A stretch of 64,000 bases of DNA from Candidatus Anaeroferrophillacea bacterium (GCA_016933675.1 JAFGAM010000014.1:47727-111726); one strand, 5' to 3'. Positions 35,438 to 46,145 are shown, numbered from the stretch's first letter. Numbers and translations are program-made. Notes: generated from the letters alone by a model not told the origin.

Positions 35438-36013
35438 ATGCTGGTGATGATCGACAATTATGATTCCTTTACCTATAATATCGTGCAGTACTTCGGCATC
35501 CTCGGCGAAACCGTGCGCGTCTTCCGCAACGACGAACTCGATGTCGCCGGGATTGCCGCCCTCGCCCCCACCCGACTGGTGATCTCACCCGGTCCCTGCA
35601 CCCCGACAGAGGCCGGCATCTCGGTAGCCGCCGTCCGGGAGCTGGCCGGCCGGATCCCGATACTCGGCATCTGCCTCGGCCACCAAGCCATCGGCGCCGC
35701 CTTCGGCGGCGAGGTGGTGCGTGCCGGCCGGGTGATGCACGGCAAGACCTCCATGGTAGAACACGACGGCAACGGTCTTTTCGCCGGCATCGCCAACCCG
35801 TTCGAGGCCACCCGTTACCACTCCCTGGTCATCGGAGAGGAAACCTTCCCGGCCGTCCTGCGGGTCATCGCCCGGGCCCGGGACGACGGCGAAATCATGG
35901 CCATCGAGCACCGGGTACTACCGGTTTGGGGCATCCAGTTCCACCCGGAATCGATTCTCACCACCGCCGGGATGGCAATCCTCGACAACTTTCTCCGCCT
36001 TACCGCCGCCTGA
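35438..36013 (+). CDS. glutamine amidotransferase, anthranilate/aminodeoxychorismate synthase component II (TrpG/PabA)
   Basis: MLVMIDNYDSFTYNIVQYF, GICLGHQ catalytic Cys, and GIQFHPES. Confidence 0.9.
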   Translation: MLVMIDNYDSFTYNIVQYFGILGETVRVFRNDELDVAGIAALAPTRLVISPGPCTPTEAGISVAAVRELAGRIPILGICLGHQAIGAAFGGEVVRAGRVMHGKTSMVEHDGNGLFAGIANPFEATRYHSLVIGEETFPAVLRVIARARDDGEIMAIEHRVLPVWGIQFHPESILTTAGMAILDNFLRLTAA

Positions 36014-36046
36014 TCCGGCGGCCGGCATGCAGCATCCGCTCGGTTC

Positions 36047-37462
36047 ATGATGACTATAACCTCGACGACAACCACAACCGATACCGACTTCCTGCAGCTC
36101 CTGACCGCTGGCCTGCCCGCGGCGCTCGACCTTGCGACGGCGACCGGCAGTACCGGGCCGGACCTGTATCTGGTCGGCGGCAGCGTTCGTGACCTGCTGT
36201 TACGGCGGCCGCTGGCAGATCTCGACTTCAGTTGCCGGGCGCAGGATATCGCCGCCTGGGAAACCTTCATGCTCCGGCACTTCAGCGGCCGCTTCATCAC
36301 CCTCGGCCAGGGGGACCGTACGACCCGGCGGCTCGTGGCCGGCGACTTCACGGTGGATATCACCCCCCTGGAAGGACCCGACATCATCACCGACCTCGGG
36401 CGCCGCGATTTCACCGTCAACGCCATGGCGTGGGATTTCCGTGCCGGCCGGCTGATTGACCCGCACCACGGCCGGGAGGCACTTGCCGGGCACCGCATCA
36501 TCGCCGTCTCCCCCCGGAGCCTGCACGAAGACCCGGTGCGCATTCTGCGGGCGGCACGTTTCGCCCTCGAACTCGACGCCGTCATCGATATCCCCACCCG
36601 GGAACAGATGCGGGCCGCCGCCCCGGGCCTGCCGACAGCTCCCGGTGAGCGCCGGGGTCATGAACTGCGCACCATCCTCACCCGGCGCGACGGCGCCCGG
36701 GGCATCAACCTGCTGGCTGAAAATGGTGCCATTTTCCACCTTTTTCCCGCCCTGCGGCCGCTCGCCGGACTGGCGCAGGGGAACTACCACCATCTCGATG
36801 CCTGGGAACACACCCTGTCGTTGCTGGCCCACCTCGACCCCCTGCTCACCGACAACCCTTTCCAACTGCCGCCTCCGGACGCCGAGGGGCAGCTCGCCCT
36901 GCACCTCGCCGGCCTGCTGCACGACACCGGCAAAGCGCAGACGCGAACGGTTGACCCGGAAACCGGCGCGGTCCACTTTTACGGCCACGAGCGCTTCTCC
37001 GCCCATCTTGCCGCCGCGGTCATGAAGCCCCTGGCATTGGGACGAAGGATCCGCACGCAGGTCATCGAATTGATCGAACACCACCTGGAGGTGCTTCTGC
37101 TTGCCCGTGCCCCGGCGAAGGCGAAGACCTTCCGCAAGCTGGTCTTCCGCATCGGCGAACCACTGCCGCTGCTGCTCTTGCTCACCCTGGCCGACAGCGA
37201 AGCCACCCGCGGCCGCCGTCACCCCGAACGGCACCAGGCGGTTATCCGCTGCGGCCGAGAACTGCTGGAGATCTACCGCGCGGAACGCCAGGCGTTGATC
37301 ACTCCGCTGATCTCGGGGCAGGACCTCATCGCCCTCGGTCTGCCCCCGGGACCCCGCTTCGGCGAGATCATCCATGCGGTACGCGAACACCAGCTGGAAG
37401 GAGAAATCGAGGACCGCAAAACAGCCCTTGCCTGGGTGCGCCGGACAATTACGACAGAATAA
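36047..37462 (+). CDS. cca: CCA-adding tRNA nucleotidyltransferase / poly(A) polymerase family with HD domain
   Basis: LYLVGGSVRDLLLRRPLADLDF, RDFTVNAMA, and LLHDTGK (HD). Confidence 0.8.
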   Translation: MMTITSTTTTTDTDFLQLLTAGLPAALDLATATGSTGPDLYLVGGSVRDLLLRRPLADLDFSCRAQDIAAWETFMLRHFSGRFITLGQGDRTTRRLVAGDFTVDITPLEGPDIITDLGRRDFTVNAMAWDFRAGRLIDPHHGREALAGHRIIAVSPRSLHEDPVRILRAARFALELDAVIDIPTREQMRAAAPGLPTAPGERRGHELRTILTRRDGARGINLLAENGAIFHLFPALRPLAGLAQGNYHHLDAWEHTLSLLAHLDPLLTDNPFQLPPPDAEGQLALHLAGLLHDTGKAQTRTVDPETGAVHFYGHERFSAHLAAAVMKPLALGRRIRTQVIELIEHHLEVLLLARAPAKAKTFRKLVFRIGEPLPLLLLLTLADSEATRGRRHPERHQAVIRCGRELLEIYRAERQALITPLISGQDLIALGLPPGPRFGEIIHAVREHQLEGEIEDRKTALAWVRRTITTE

Positions 37463-37503
37463 TGCATGCAAAAACCAATCGCCGTTTTCGGGCGCCTTTT
37501 TCC

Positions 37504-37532
37504 TTGACAAAGGCCGGACGTTGTGGTTATGT
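37504..37532 (+). promoter_or_regulatory. candidate sigma70 promoter of the fhs leader
   Basis: TTGACA (37504-37509), 17-nt spacer, TTATGT (37527-37532). Confidence 0.4.
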
Positions 37533-37653
37533 GTGCCCCTGCCGCAGGGCGGACCCGAGCAACTAAGGAGAGGCATATTGCATTCGGCGGCCACACAGTA
37601 CAGCGGACATCCCGGTGCCATGGCGGCGGCGATGATCAGCGGTAGGAAAGCGG

Positions 37654-37696
37654 GAGGGCATAACGGCGGAACGGGCTGTCAGTGCCCTCTTTTTTG
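37654..37696 (+). terminator. intrinsic terminator inside the fhs 5' leader
   Basis: GAGGGCA (37654-37660) pairs with TGCCCTC (37683-37689). Inner CGGC/GCTG pairing. Followed by TTTTTTGTGTTTG. Lies 65 nt before the fhs ATG. Confidence 0.55.
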
Positions 37697-37760
37697 TGTT
37701 TGAAACCCCGGTTTAACAAACACTGTCAACGTTTCAACCAATTCTGAGGAGGAAGACGAG

Positions 37761-39542
37761 ATGGGCCTGGATTTCACGAAATTTGACGCCCCCAACATGA
37801 AGGACTGGCAGTTGGCGGCCCTGGCGGAAGAAACCCACATGAAGCCGATTCAGCAGGTTTCCGACGAGCTCGGCCTCGTTGGCGACGAGCTGATCCCGAT
37901 GGGCAAGTACGTCGCCAAGGTCGACTACATGAAGGTACTCGAGCGCCTCGGCGACCGGCCAGACGGCAAGTATGTCAACGTCACCGCCATCACCCCGACG
38001 CCGCTGGGCGAGGGGAAAACCACCACCTCGCTGGGTCTCGTCCAGGGTCTCGGCCTGATGGGCAAGAAGGTTGTTGGCGCCATTCGTCAACCCTCCGGCG
38101 GTCCGACCTTCAACATCAAGGGTTCCGCGGCCGGCGGCGGACTCGCTCAGACCATCCCGCTGACCCCGTTCTCGCTCGGCCTCACCGGTGACATTGACAA
38201 CATCATGAACGCCCACAACCTCATGATGGTCGCTCTCACCTCGCGCATGCAGCACGAGCAGAACAACACCGACGAGTTTCTCGCCAAGAAGGGGCTGAAG
38301 CGTCTCGACATCGACCCCAACCAGATCGAAGTCCGCTGGATCATGGACTTCTGCGCCCAGGCGCTGCGCAACATCGTCATCGGCCTTGGCGGCCGGCTCG
38401 ACGGCATGGTGATGGAATCCGGCTTCGCCATCGCGGTCTCCTCCGAGATCATGGCGATCCTGGCGGTGGCCAAGGACCTGAAAGACCTGCGTGAACGGAT
38501 GGGCAGGATCATCGTCGCCTACTCCAAATCCGGCAAGCCGGTAACCACCGAGGATCTCGATGTCGCCGGCGCCATGACCGCGTGGATGGTCAAGGCCCTG
38601 AACCCGAATCTGCTGCAGTCCCTCGAAGGCCAGCCGATGTTCGTCCATGCCGGCCCCTTCGCCAACATCGCCATCGGCCAGTCCTCCATCATCGCCGACC
38701 GCATCGGCCTGAAGCTGAGCGACTACCTGGTCACCGAGTCCGGCTTCGGCGCCGATATCGGCTTCGAGAAATTCTGGAACCTCAAGTGCCGCTTCTCCGG
38801 TCTGACCCCCAACTGCTCGGTCATCGTCGCCACTGTCCGTGCTCTGAAGATGCACGGCGGCGGCCCCGAGGTGGTACCCGGCCGGCCGCTGGCCGCCGAA
38901 TATACCCAGAAGAATGTCGGCCTGGTGGAAGCCGGCTGCTCCAACCTCATCGCTCACATCGAGACGGTGAAAAAGGCCGGCACCAATCCGGTGGTCTGCA
39001 TCAACAGCTTCTTCACCGATACCGATGAAGAAATTGCCAAGGTCAAGGAACTGGCCGAGGCCGCTGGCGCCCGCTGCGCCGTCTCCAAGCATTGGCAGTA
39101 CGGCGGTGAAGGAGCCCAGGAACTGTGCCATGCGGTCATCGAGGCGTGCGAGGAACCGACCAACTTCAAGTTCCTCTACGAGGACAGCACGCCGTTGAAG
39201 AAGCGCATCGAATTGCTGGCCACCGAGGTCTACGGTGCCGACGGTGCTTCCTTCAGCCCCGAAGCGATGAAGAAGATCGAGATGATCGATAACGATCCCG
39301 AGCTCTCCAAGCTCGGTACCTGCATGGTCAAGACGCACCTGTCCCTGTCCCACGACCCGACCCTCAAGGGCCGGCCCAAGGGCTTCATCTTCCCGGTGCG
39401 CGATGTCCTCATCTACCAGGGCGCCGGCTTCTGCGTACCGTTGGGCGGCACCATCAAACTGATGCCCGGTACGGCATCCGACCCGGCCTACCGCCGCATC
39501 GACGTCGATACGGCAACCGGCCAGGTGAAGGGCCTGTTCTAA
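37761..39542 (+). CDS. fhs: formate-tetrahydrofolate ligase
   Basis: 593 aa with [18 protein letters not shown]-loop and a GAGGAGG RBS. Confidence 0.95.
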   Translation: MGLDFTKFDAPNMKDWQLAALAEETHMKPIQQVSDELGLVGDELIPMGKYVAKVDYMKVLERLGDRPDGKYVNVTAITPTPLGEGKTTTSLGLVQGLGLMGKKVVGAIRQPSGGPTFNIKGSAAGGGLAQTIPLTPFSLGLTGDIDNIMNAHNLMMVALTSRMQHEQNNTDEFLAKKGLKRLDIDPNQIEVRWIMDFCAQALRNIVIGLGGRLDGMVMESGFAIAVSSEIMAILAVAKDLKDLRERMGRIIVAYSKSGKPVTTEDLDVAGAMTAWMVKALNPNLLQSLEGQPMFVHAGPFANIAIGQSSIIADRIGLKLSDYLVTESGFGADIGFEKFWNLKCRFSGLTPNCSVIVATVRALKMHGGGPEVVPGRPLAAEYTQKNVGLVEAGCSNLIAHIETVKKAGTNPVVCINSFFTDTDEEIAKVKELAEAAGARCAVSKHWQYGGEGAQELCHAVIEACEEPTNFKFLYEDSTPLKKRIELLATEVYGADGASFSPEAMKKIEMIDNDPELSKLGTCMVKTHLSLSHDPTLKGRPKGFIFPVRDVLIYQGAGFCVPLGGTIKLMPGTASDPAYRRIDVDTATGQVKGLF

Positions 39543-39759
39543 GCTGTTCAGGGAGACAGAAGATAGAATTCAGGAGTCAGAATGTGATACGATGGAGGAT
39601 TACGAGGGTGACCGCTCCGATCTCCTGGCGACTGGATGCTTCCGGCAATGCGGAAGGTGGTTACGATTCCCGGACAACTATCATGATATTCTTGTAGTCG
39701 TTACACTCTTTTCAATCCCCACCCGGGGGGGGGCGTTATCCCCCCGGGTGGATTCTCGC

Positions 39760-39813
39760 CCAAAATGAAAACTCTGAAGCGGCATCGCGCCCCTTCAGGT
39801 TTTTCATTTTTGG
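39760..39813 (+). terminator. hairpin with U-rich 3' arm downstream of fhs
   Basis: CCAAAATGAAAACTCTGAAG ... CTTCAGGTTTTTCATTTTTGG. A GC-rich hairpin CCACCCGGGGGG/CCCCCCGGGTGG lies just upstream at 39719-39751. Confidence 0.5.
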
Positions 39814-39860
39814 CAAAAGCCGCTTAAAACATTATTTCACCATTTTGAGATTTATTTCCC

Positions 39861-41846
39861 ATGCCGGAACCGGTCCACCGCGTTACCTTCATGCCCGATG
39901 ACATCACCGTCGACGTCTTCCGTCACGGGGAGACGCTGCTGCGGGTGGCGATGGCCGCCGGGGTGCATATCAACGCCTCCTGCGGCGGCAACGGCACCTG
40001 TGGCAAGTGCAAAGTAATCGTCGACCGCGGCCTGGTGGAGAGCAAGCCGTCGGCAAAGCTGTCCGACGAGCAGTGGGAGCAGGGCTACCGCCTCGCCTGT
40101 CTGACGAAGGTCATGGGCGATCTGGTGGTCACCATTCCGCCGGAATCCCGGATCGACAATGCCGCCCTCAAGGCGCGCACCGGCGGCAAACGCCATATCC
40201 TCAAGGCGAGGGATCTGAACACCCTGGTCCAGGGGCTGACGGTGGACCCGGCGGTGTGGAAACTCTACCTCGAATTGCCGCCGCCCACCCCCGATGACAA
40301 CCTCAGCGACCTCGGCCGCCTGATGCGGGAATTGAAGCGCCGGCACGGGCTCGACGGCATCTCCACCGACTTCCGCCTGCTGACCCGGATCGCCCGACTG
40401 CTGCGTGACGCCGACTGGCAGGTCACCGTCACCCTGGTCTACAATCCCAAGGGACTCAAACTCATCGACGTCGAACCCGGCGACACCACCGAACGCAATT
40501 TCTCCATCATCATCGATGTCGGCACCACCACCGTCAAAGGGCAGTTGCTGGACCTTCGGGAGTGCCGGGTAGCGGCGGCCGGAAAAGACTGCGATGATGA
40601 TGAAGAGGCCAACCTGCTGGCCGAGGACGCGCGCTACAACTCCCAGGTACGTTTCGGCGAGGACGTTATCAGCCGCATCGTCCATTCCCAGAAAGGCGAT
40701 GGTCTCCGGGAGCTGCAGCAGGCCGTGGTCGGCGATATCAACGAGATCATTCGCGCCCTGCTCGGGCAGTCAGGCATCGACCGGGAGAACCTCTCCCACA
40801 TGGTGGTAGCCGGCAACACCACCATGACACAGTTGCTGCTGGGCATCGACCCGAAGTACATCCGCGAGGATCCCTACGTTCCAACGGCCAACTTCTTCCC
40901 GCCGGTGCGGGGCATCGATATCGGTCTGAACCTGCCCGAGCATGTCCACCTGTACACCTTCCCGCTGGTCTCCTCCTACGTCGGCGGCGACATCGTCGCC
41001 GGCATCCTCGGCTCGGGCATCTTCCAGCGCGAGGACCTGACCCTGTTCATCGACGTCGGCACCAACGGCGAGATCGTTCTGGGCAACTGCGACTGGCTGG
41101 TGTGTACCTCCTGCTCCGCCGGCCCGGCCTTCGAAGGCGGCGGCGTCAAGCACGGCATGCGCGCCACCCGCGGCGCCATCGAGCAGGTACGCATCAACCC
41201 CGAGACCTTCGAGCCGATGGTGATCACCATCGGCAACCGCAAACCGCTCGGCATCTGCGGCTCCGGTCTGATCGACGCGGTGGCGGAGATGCTGATCACC
41301 GGAATCGTCGAACCCAACGGCAAGTTCAATCGCGGGCTCGGCACCGACCGGATTCGCGAGACCGAAGGCGCCTGGGAATATCTCCTGGTACCGGCGGCGG
41401 AAGCCGACGGCGTCGGCGATATCGTCATCACCGAAGGCGACCTGGACAACCTTATCCGCACCAAGGGTGCGATCTATGCCGGTTGCCGCATCCTGCTGGA
41501 AAGTGTCGGCATGACCTTCGCGGAGTTGGATCGGCTGATCATCGCCGGCGGTTTCGGCCAGTTCATCAACCTGGAGCGGGCGGTCACCATCGGCCTGCTG
41601 CCGGAGATACCGGTAGATAAATTCATGTTCGTCGGCAACGGCGCCCTGTTGGGCGCCCGCCTGGTTTCATTCTCGCGGGAGATGATGAGGGACGCACGCC
41701 GGGTATCCGACATGATGACCAATATCGAACTGGCTAACAACATGCGTTTCATGGACGAATACGTGGCGGCGCTGTTCCTGCCCCATACCGATACCAACGC
41801 GTTTCCCGAAGTGATGAAGCTGATCCACCCGGATCCGGCAACCTGA
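39861..41846 (+). CDS. acsV: corrinoid activation/regeneration protein (RACo/AcsV; 2Fe-2S ferredoxin plus ASKHA ATPase)
   Basis: 661 aa. N-terminal plant-type ferredoxin CGGNGTCGKCKV with HRVTFMPDDITVDV. Large ASKHA-like body (IIDVGTTTV, FIDVGTNGE). No Shine-Dalgarno is visible before the ATG. Confidence 0.85.
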   Translation: MPEPVHRVTFMPDDITVDVFRHGETLLRVAMAAGVHINASCGGNGTCGKCKVIVDRGLVESKPSAKLSDEQWEQGYRLACLTKVMGDLVVTIPPESRIDNAALKARTGGKRHILKARDLNTLVQGLTVDPAVWKLYLELPPPTPDDNLSDLGRLMRELKRRHGLDGISTDFRLLTRIARLLRDADWQVTVTLVYNPKGLKLIDVEPGDTTERNFSIIIDVGTTTVKGQLLDLRECRVAAAGKDCDDDEEANLLAEDARYNSQVRFGEDVISRIVHSQKGDGLRELQQAVVGDINEIIRALLGQSGIDRENLSHMVVAGNTTMTQLLLGIDPKYIREDPYVPTANFFPPVRGIDIGLNLPEHVHLYTFPLVSSYVGGDIVAGILGSGIFQREDLTLFIDVGTNGEIVLGNCDWLVCTSCSAGPAFEGGGVKHGMRATRGAIEQVRINPETFEPMVITIGNRKPLGICGSGLIDAVAEMLITGIVEPNGKFNRGLGTDRIRETEGAWEYLLVPAAEADGVGDIVITEGDLDNLIRTKGAIYAGCRILLESVGMTFAELDRLIIAGGFGQFINLERAVTIGLLPEIPVDKFMFVGNGALLGARLVSFSREMMRDARRVSDMMTNIELANNMRFMDEYVAALFLPHTDTNAFPEVMKLIHPDPAT

Positions 41847-42006
41847 ACGAACATCGGCCCGGGCAGCGCCCACATGTCCGCTGGTCGGAAAACCACGCGG
41901 AACACGGCCGCCACCGGCAGAGACCACCAATTCGCACCGCGCCACGCGGGACGCGGCGCCCGCCGGGGAAACCGGTGGACGGCAGGAGAAGGAGTTGTGC
42001 GGAAAC

Positions 42007-42768
42007 ATGGGTAAATCAATCGCAGTGGCCGGCAAGGGAGGAACAGGCAAAACCACCCTCACCGGCATGGTGCTCCGCTACCTGGCGGAGAAAGTAGAAC
42101 GGCCGGTGCTGGCGGTTGACGCCGACGCCAACGCCAACCTCAGCGAGGTCCTCGGGGTCGAGGTGCCGGGCACCATCGGCGACCTGCGCGAAGGAATGAA
42201 AACCGAAGTGCCGGCGGGGATGACCAAGGAAGCCTACATGGAATACCACATCCAGCAGATCCTGGTCGAGACCGGAACCTGGGATCTGCTGGTCATGGGC
42301 CGCCCCGAAGGCGCCGGCTGCTACTGCTACGCCAACGCTCTGTGTAAAAAGTTCATCGACTTCCTGATCAAGGAGTACGATTACGTCGTGGTCGACAACG
42401 AGGCCGGGATGGAACACCTCAGCCGCTTGCTGACCAAGGATCTCGACCTGCTGCTGGTGGTCTCCGACCCGAGCCTCAGGGGTATCCGTACCGCCGGCCG
42501 CATCCGCGACCTAATCGATGAGTTGAAGCTGAACATCAAAAAGGTCTTGCTGCTGATCAACCGCGTGCCCGGCGGCAAACTGGAGCCCGAGGCCGCACGG
42601 CTGATCACCGAACTGGGGCTCGAACTCGGCGGCGTTATCCCCGAGGATCCGGATATCGCCCGTTTCGATCGGGAGGGAAAACCGACCGTGCAGGTGCCGG
42701 CGGAGGCGGTTTCCTACCACGCTCTCCGGCAGCTTATGGAAGCCATTTTTCCCTTGTATTTGGCCTGA
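42007..42768 (+). CDS. cooC: CooC/AcsF-type nickel-insertion ATPase
   Basis: Start at ATG 42007 (MGKSIAVAGKGGTGKTT, deviant Walker A) after AGGAGAAGGAG. CYC motif GAGCYCYAN. Confidence 0.9.
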   Translation: MGKSIAVAGKGGTGKTTLTGMVLRYLAEKVERPVLAVDADANANLSEVLGVEVPGTIGDLREGMKTEVPAGMTKEAYMEYHIQQILVETGTWDLLVMGRPEGAGCYCYANALCKKFIDFLIKEYDYVVVDNEAGMEHLSRLLTKDLDLLLVVSDPSLRGIRTAGRIRDLIDELKLNIKKVLLLINRVPGGKLEPEAARLITELGLELGGVIPEDPDIARFDREGKPTVQVPAEAVSYHALRQLMEAIFPLYLA

Positions 42769-42878
42769 AAATCAACTATAAGCCAGCGGTGAACGTTATG
42801 CAGTATACAATCCCCCGTACGTTCCGTTTCAGTAACAGATAACCGAGAAACAAACCCCACGGAAAGGAGAGAGCGAAC

Positions 42879-43823
42879 ATGGCATTTTCAGCAGTGTCGG
42901 AAAAATACTCCGGCAAAATGAGGGCGTTGGAAATCGGTGTCGGGGACAAGAAGGCAGTCGTCGGCGGCCAGGCGAGCATGCCGTTCTGCAGCTTCGACAG
43001 CGACCTGCCCAACAAACCAATAATCGCCATGGAGGTGTACGATGTGGTCGATCCGGAGTGGCCGGCGGCAGTCGTCGATCCCTTCAAGGATGTCATCAGC
43101 GATCCGGTGGCCTGGGCGAAGAAGAATGTCGAGGAATACGGCGCGAAAATGATCTGCCTGCAGTTGGCCTCTACCGATCCCAACGGTGAGAACCGGGACG
43201 CGGCCTACGCCGCCGACCTGACCAAAAAGGTCGCGGCTGCCATCTCCGTACCGCTGATGGTCTGGGGCAGCGGCAACGTCGAGAAAGACGCCGAAGTTCT
43301 GCCGAAGATCTGCGAGGCCTGTGAGGGCATGAACCTGCTCATCGGCCCGGCGGTGGAGGAAAACTACAAGAAGATCGCCGCCGCCGCCCTGGGTTACGGT
43401 CACGCCGTCGTCTCCCAGAGCCCCATCGACGTCAACATGGCCAAGCAGATGAACATCCTCATCAGCAACCTCGGCCTGCCCCTGGAAAAGATCATCATGG
43501 AACCCTCTACCGGTGCCCTGGGCTATGGCGTCGAGTACACCTATTCGGTGATGGAGCGCATCTCCCTGGCCGCCCTGTCGCAGAACGACGACAAGATGCA
43601 GTGCCCGATTATCAGCGATCTCGGCAAGGAATGCTGGAAGGCCCGCGAGGTCAAGCTCACCGACAAGGAAGAGCCCTCCTTCGGCCCTGACATGGAGAAG
43701 CGCGGCGTCCTGTGGGAAGCCATGACCGCCGTCGACATGCTGCTGAGCGGCACCAACCTGCTCATCATGCGCAACCCGCATGCCGTCAAGCTCACTGAAG
43801 AGATCATTGACGAGATGATGTAA
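42879..43823 (+). CDS. acsD: corrinoid iron-sulfur protein small subunit (AcsD/CdhD)
   Basis: 314 aa TIM-barrel-type sequence in acs context, with a GGAGAG RBS. Confidence 0.85.
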   Translation: MAFSAVSEKYSGKMRALEIGVGDKKAVVGGQASMPFCSFDSDLPNKPIIAMEVYDVVDPEWPAAVVDPFKDVISDPVAWAKKNVEEYGAKMICLQLASTDPNGENRDAAYAADLTKKVAAAISVPLMVWGSGNVEKDAEVLPKICEACEGMNLLIGPAVEENYKKIAAAALGYGHAVVSQSPIDVNMAKQMNILISNLGLPLEKIIMEPSTGALGYGVEYTYSVMERISLAALSQNDDKMQCPIISDLGKECWKAREVKLTDKEEPSFGPDMEKRGVLWEAMTAVDMLLSGTNLLIMRNPHAVKLTEEIIDEMM

Positions 43824-43888
43824 TCAGCGGTATCCAGTCACACCTATTCATATTGGAGACACGAAGTCTCCCGGATGGAGGTAACAGA

Positions 43889-46105
43889 ATGTCCAAGCTT
43901 ATTATCAGTTCCGCTATCCGCGGTGCCCATGCAATCGTCGATCGCGTCGAGGGCAAGCTCAACGCCGCGCTGGAAAAGTACGGTTACGACAAGGAAGTCA
44001 AACTGCCCAATACCGGTTATTACCTGCCGGTGATCTACGGCATGAGCGGCTTCAAGGTCGAGAAGCTCGGCGACATGCCGCACGTCATCAAGATGTGCCG
44101 CGACCTGCTGCCGGAAGTGCCGGCCGAGAACGCTTGGTTGCCTTATCTTGGCCCGGGGCTCGATGCCGGTATGGCCACCTGTTTCGCCTACGACCTCGAA
44201 GAGGCGATGAAGTATCTCGATGATCCCTGCCCCTACCTGCCGATGAAGGAAGACCCGGAAGACACCGATACCGACATCTGGCTGGGTGCCGCCGACGACA
44301 TCATTCTGCGCAAGCGCGGGGTTGAATTCGTTGACGGTTCCGCGCCCGGTTTCGCCGCCATCGTCGGCGCCGCCAAGGATGTGGAAACCGCTGTTGCCAT
44401 CGCCAAGGAGCTGCAGGAAAAAAGCATCTACGTCTTCATGGCCGGCGCCAACGACAAGGGCGTCAGCTTCGCCGAGCAGTTGAAGGAAGCCGGCGTGCAG
44501 CTGGGCTGGAACACCCGCCTGGTGCCGTTCGGCAAGGACACCTCAGCCGCCATCCACGCCCTGGGCTTCGCCACCCGTGCCGCCCTGACCTTCGGTGGCA
44601 TCAAACCCGGAGACTTCTCCGGCAACCTGATGTACAACAAAAACCGCGTGTTCGCCTTCGTGCTGGCGCTCGATACGGTTGACGACGAGAAATACGCCGC
44701 CGCCGCCGGGGCCATCAACTGGGGCTTCCCGACCATCGCCGATACCGATATTCCCGAGGTACTGCCCACCGGTATCTGTACCTACGAGCACGTGGTCTCC
44801 AACATTCCGCAGGAAGAGATCGTCACCAAGGCCATCGAGGTCCGCGGCCTGAAGATTCAGATTACCAAGATCGATATTCCGGGATCCTACGGTCCGGCCT
44901 TCGAGGGTGAGCGGATCAAGAAGGACGCCATGCATGTCGAGCTCGGCGGGCCGAAGTCGATGGGCTTCGAGTTCGCCTATTCCAAGCCCCTTGACCAGGT
45001 CGAGGACGGCAAGTTCACCGTTATCGGCCCGGATCTGGATGACGTCGAAGCCGGCGGTCTGCTGCCCGTCGGTATCTGGATCGAGCTGGCTGGCCGCAAG
45101 TTCCAGGAAGACTTCGAACCGATCCTCGAGCGCCAGTGCCACCACCTGCTGAACGGCGCCGAGGGTGTGCTGCACATCGGTCAGCGCGACATTGTCTGGA
45201 TGCGTATTTCCAAAAAAGCGTACGAGTCAGGCTTCCGGCTGAAGCATTTCGGCACCATCCTGCACGCCAAGATGCACAATGAGTTCGGCGCCATCGTCGA
45301 CAAGGTCCAGGTGACCGTGTTCACCAATCAGGCCGATGTCGAGAAGCACCTGGCCGTCGCCCGCAAGACCTGGTCGGAGCGAGACAACCGCCTCGCCGAC
45401 ATGATCGACGAAACCACCGATACCTACTATTCCTGCACCCTGTGCCAGTCCTTCGCCCCGACCCACGTCTGCGTGGTCACCCCGGAGCGGCCGGGCCTGT
45501 GCGGAGCTTACAACTGGCTTGACTGCCGGGCATCCTACGAGATCAACCCGACGGGTCCGAACCAGCCGATCCCCAAGGGTGACGTCATCGACGAACGCCT
45601 TGGTCAGTGGAAGGGCGTCGACGCCTTCGTCGGGCCGGCTTCCGGCAACGCCTTCGAAGCCTTTTCGGCGTACTCCATCATGGAAAGCCCGATGACTTCC
45701 TGCGGTTGCTTCGAGGCGATCGTTTCCTGCCTCTTCGGCGCCAATGCCATCATGGTGGTCGACCGCGACTACACCGGCGAAACCCCCTGCGGGATGCCCT
45801 TTTCGACCCTCGCCGGCACCGTCGGCGGCGGGTTACAGACCCCCGGATTCGTTGGTATTTCCAAGTTCTACATCGGCAGCAAGAAGTTCGTCTCCGCCGA
45901 AGGCGGCATCAAGCGCCTGGCCTGGCTGCCGAAGGCGCTGAAAGAGCAGCTGAAGGATATGATCGACAAGCGCGGCGAAGAGATCGGCGTGCCGGATCTC
46001 TATAGCAAGATCGCCACCGAAGAAAACGCGACCACCGAAGAAGAGGTCATCGCGTTCATGAGTGAAGTAGGACATCCGGCGCTTGAAATGCCGCCGCTGA
46101 TGTAG
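43889..46105 (+). CDS. acsB: acetyl-CoA synthase catalytic subunit (AcsB)
   Basis: Start at ATG 43889 (MSKLIISSAIRGAH) after GGAGG. A-cluster ligands CTLCQSFAPTHVCVVTPERPGLCG and the Cys-Gly-Cys motif SCGCFE. Confidence 0.95.
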   Translation: MSKLIISSAIRGAHAIVDRVEGKLNAALEKYGYDKEVKLPNTGYYLPVIYGMSGFKVEKLGDMPHVIKMCRDLLPEVPAENAWLPYLGPGLDAGMATCFAYDLEEAMKYLDDPCPYLPMKEDPEDTDTDIWLGAADDIILRKRGVEFVDGSAPGFAAIVGAAKDVETAVAIAKELQEKSIYVFMAGANDKGVSFAEQLKEAGVQLGWNTRLVPFGKDTSAAIHALGFATRAALTFGGIKPGDFSGNLMYNKNRVFAFVLALDTVDDEKYAAAAGAINWGFPTIADTDIPEVLPTGICTYEHVVSNIPQEEIVTKAIEVRGLKIQITKIDIPGSYGPAFEGERIKKDAMHVELGGPKSMGFEFAYSKPLDQVEDGKFTVIGPDLDDVEAGGLLPVGIWIELAGRKFQEDFEPILERQCHHLLNGAEGVLHIGQRDIVWMRISKKAYESGFRLKHFGTILHAKMHNEFGAIVDKVQVTVFTNQADVEKHLAVARKTWSERDNRLADMIDETTDTYYSCTLCQSFAPTHVCVVTPERPGLCGAYNWLDCRASYEINPTGPNQPIPKGDVIDERLGQWKGVDAFVGPASGNAFEAFSAYSIMESPMTSCGCFEAIVSCLFGANAIMVVDRDYTGETPCGMPFSTLAGTVGGGLQTPGFVGISKFYIGSKKFVSAEGGIKRLAWLPKALKEQLKDMIDKRGEEIGVPDLYSKIATEENATTEEEVIAFMSEVGHPALEMPPLM

Positions 46106-46145
46106 CAACGTATATATACGGTACAACCTGGGATAAGCATACGTA

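Noticed and set aside
37533-37700. Assigning the fhs leader to a known riboswitch class (ZTP/pfl, THF, glycine, SAH, guanidine, fluoride)
   Set aside because: I compared it by eye with the consensus cores I remember. The defining motifs, such as GACTGGCG...CCGCCTGGGC for ZTP, are absent. It is left as an unclassified leader.
37619-37702. 27-aa leader peptide MAAAMISGRKAGGHNGGTGCQCPLFCV overlapping the fhs leader terminator
   Set aside because: There is no Shine-Dalgarno before the ATG, and the composition gives no regulatory-codon logic. It is more simply a by-product of the terminator sequence.
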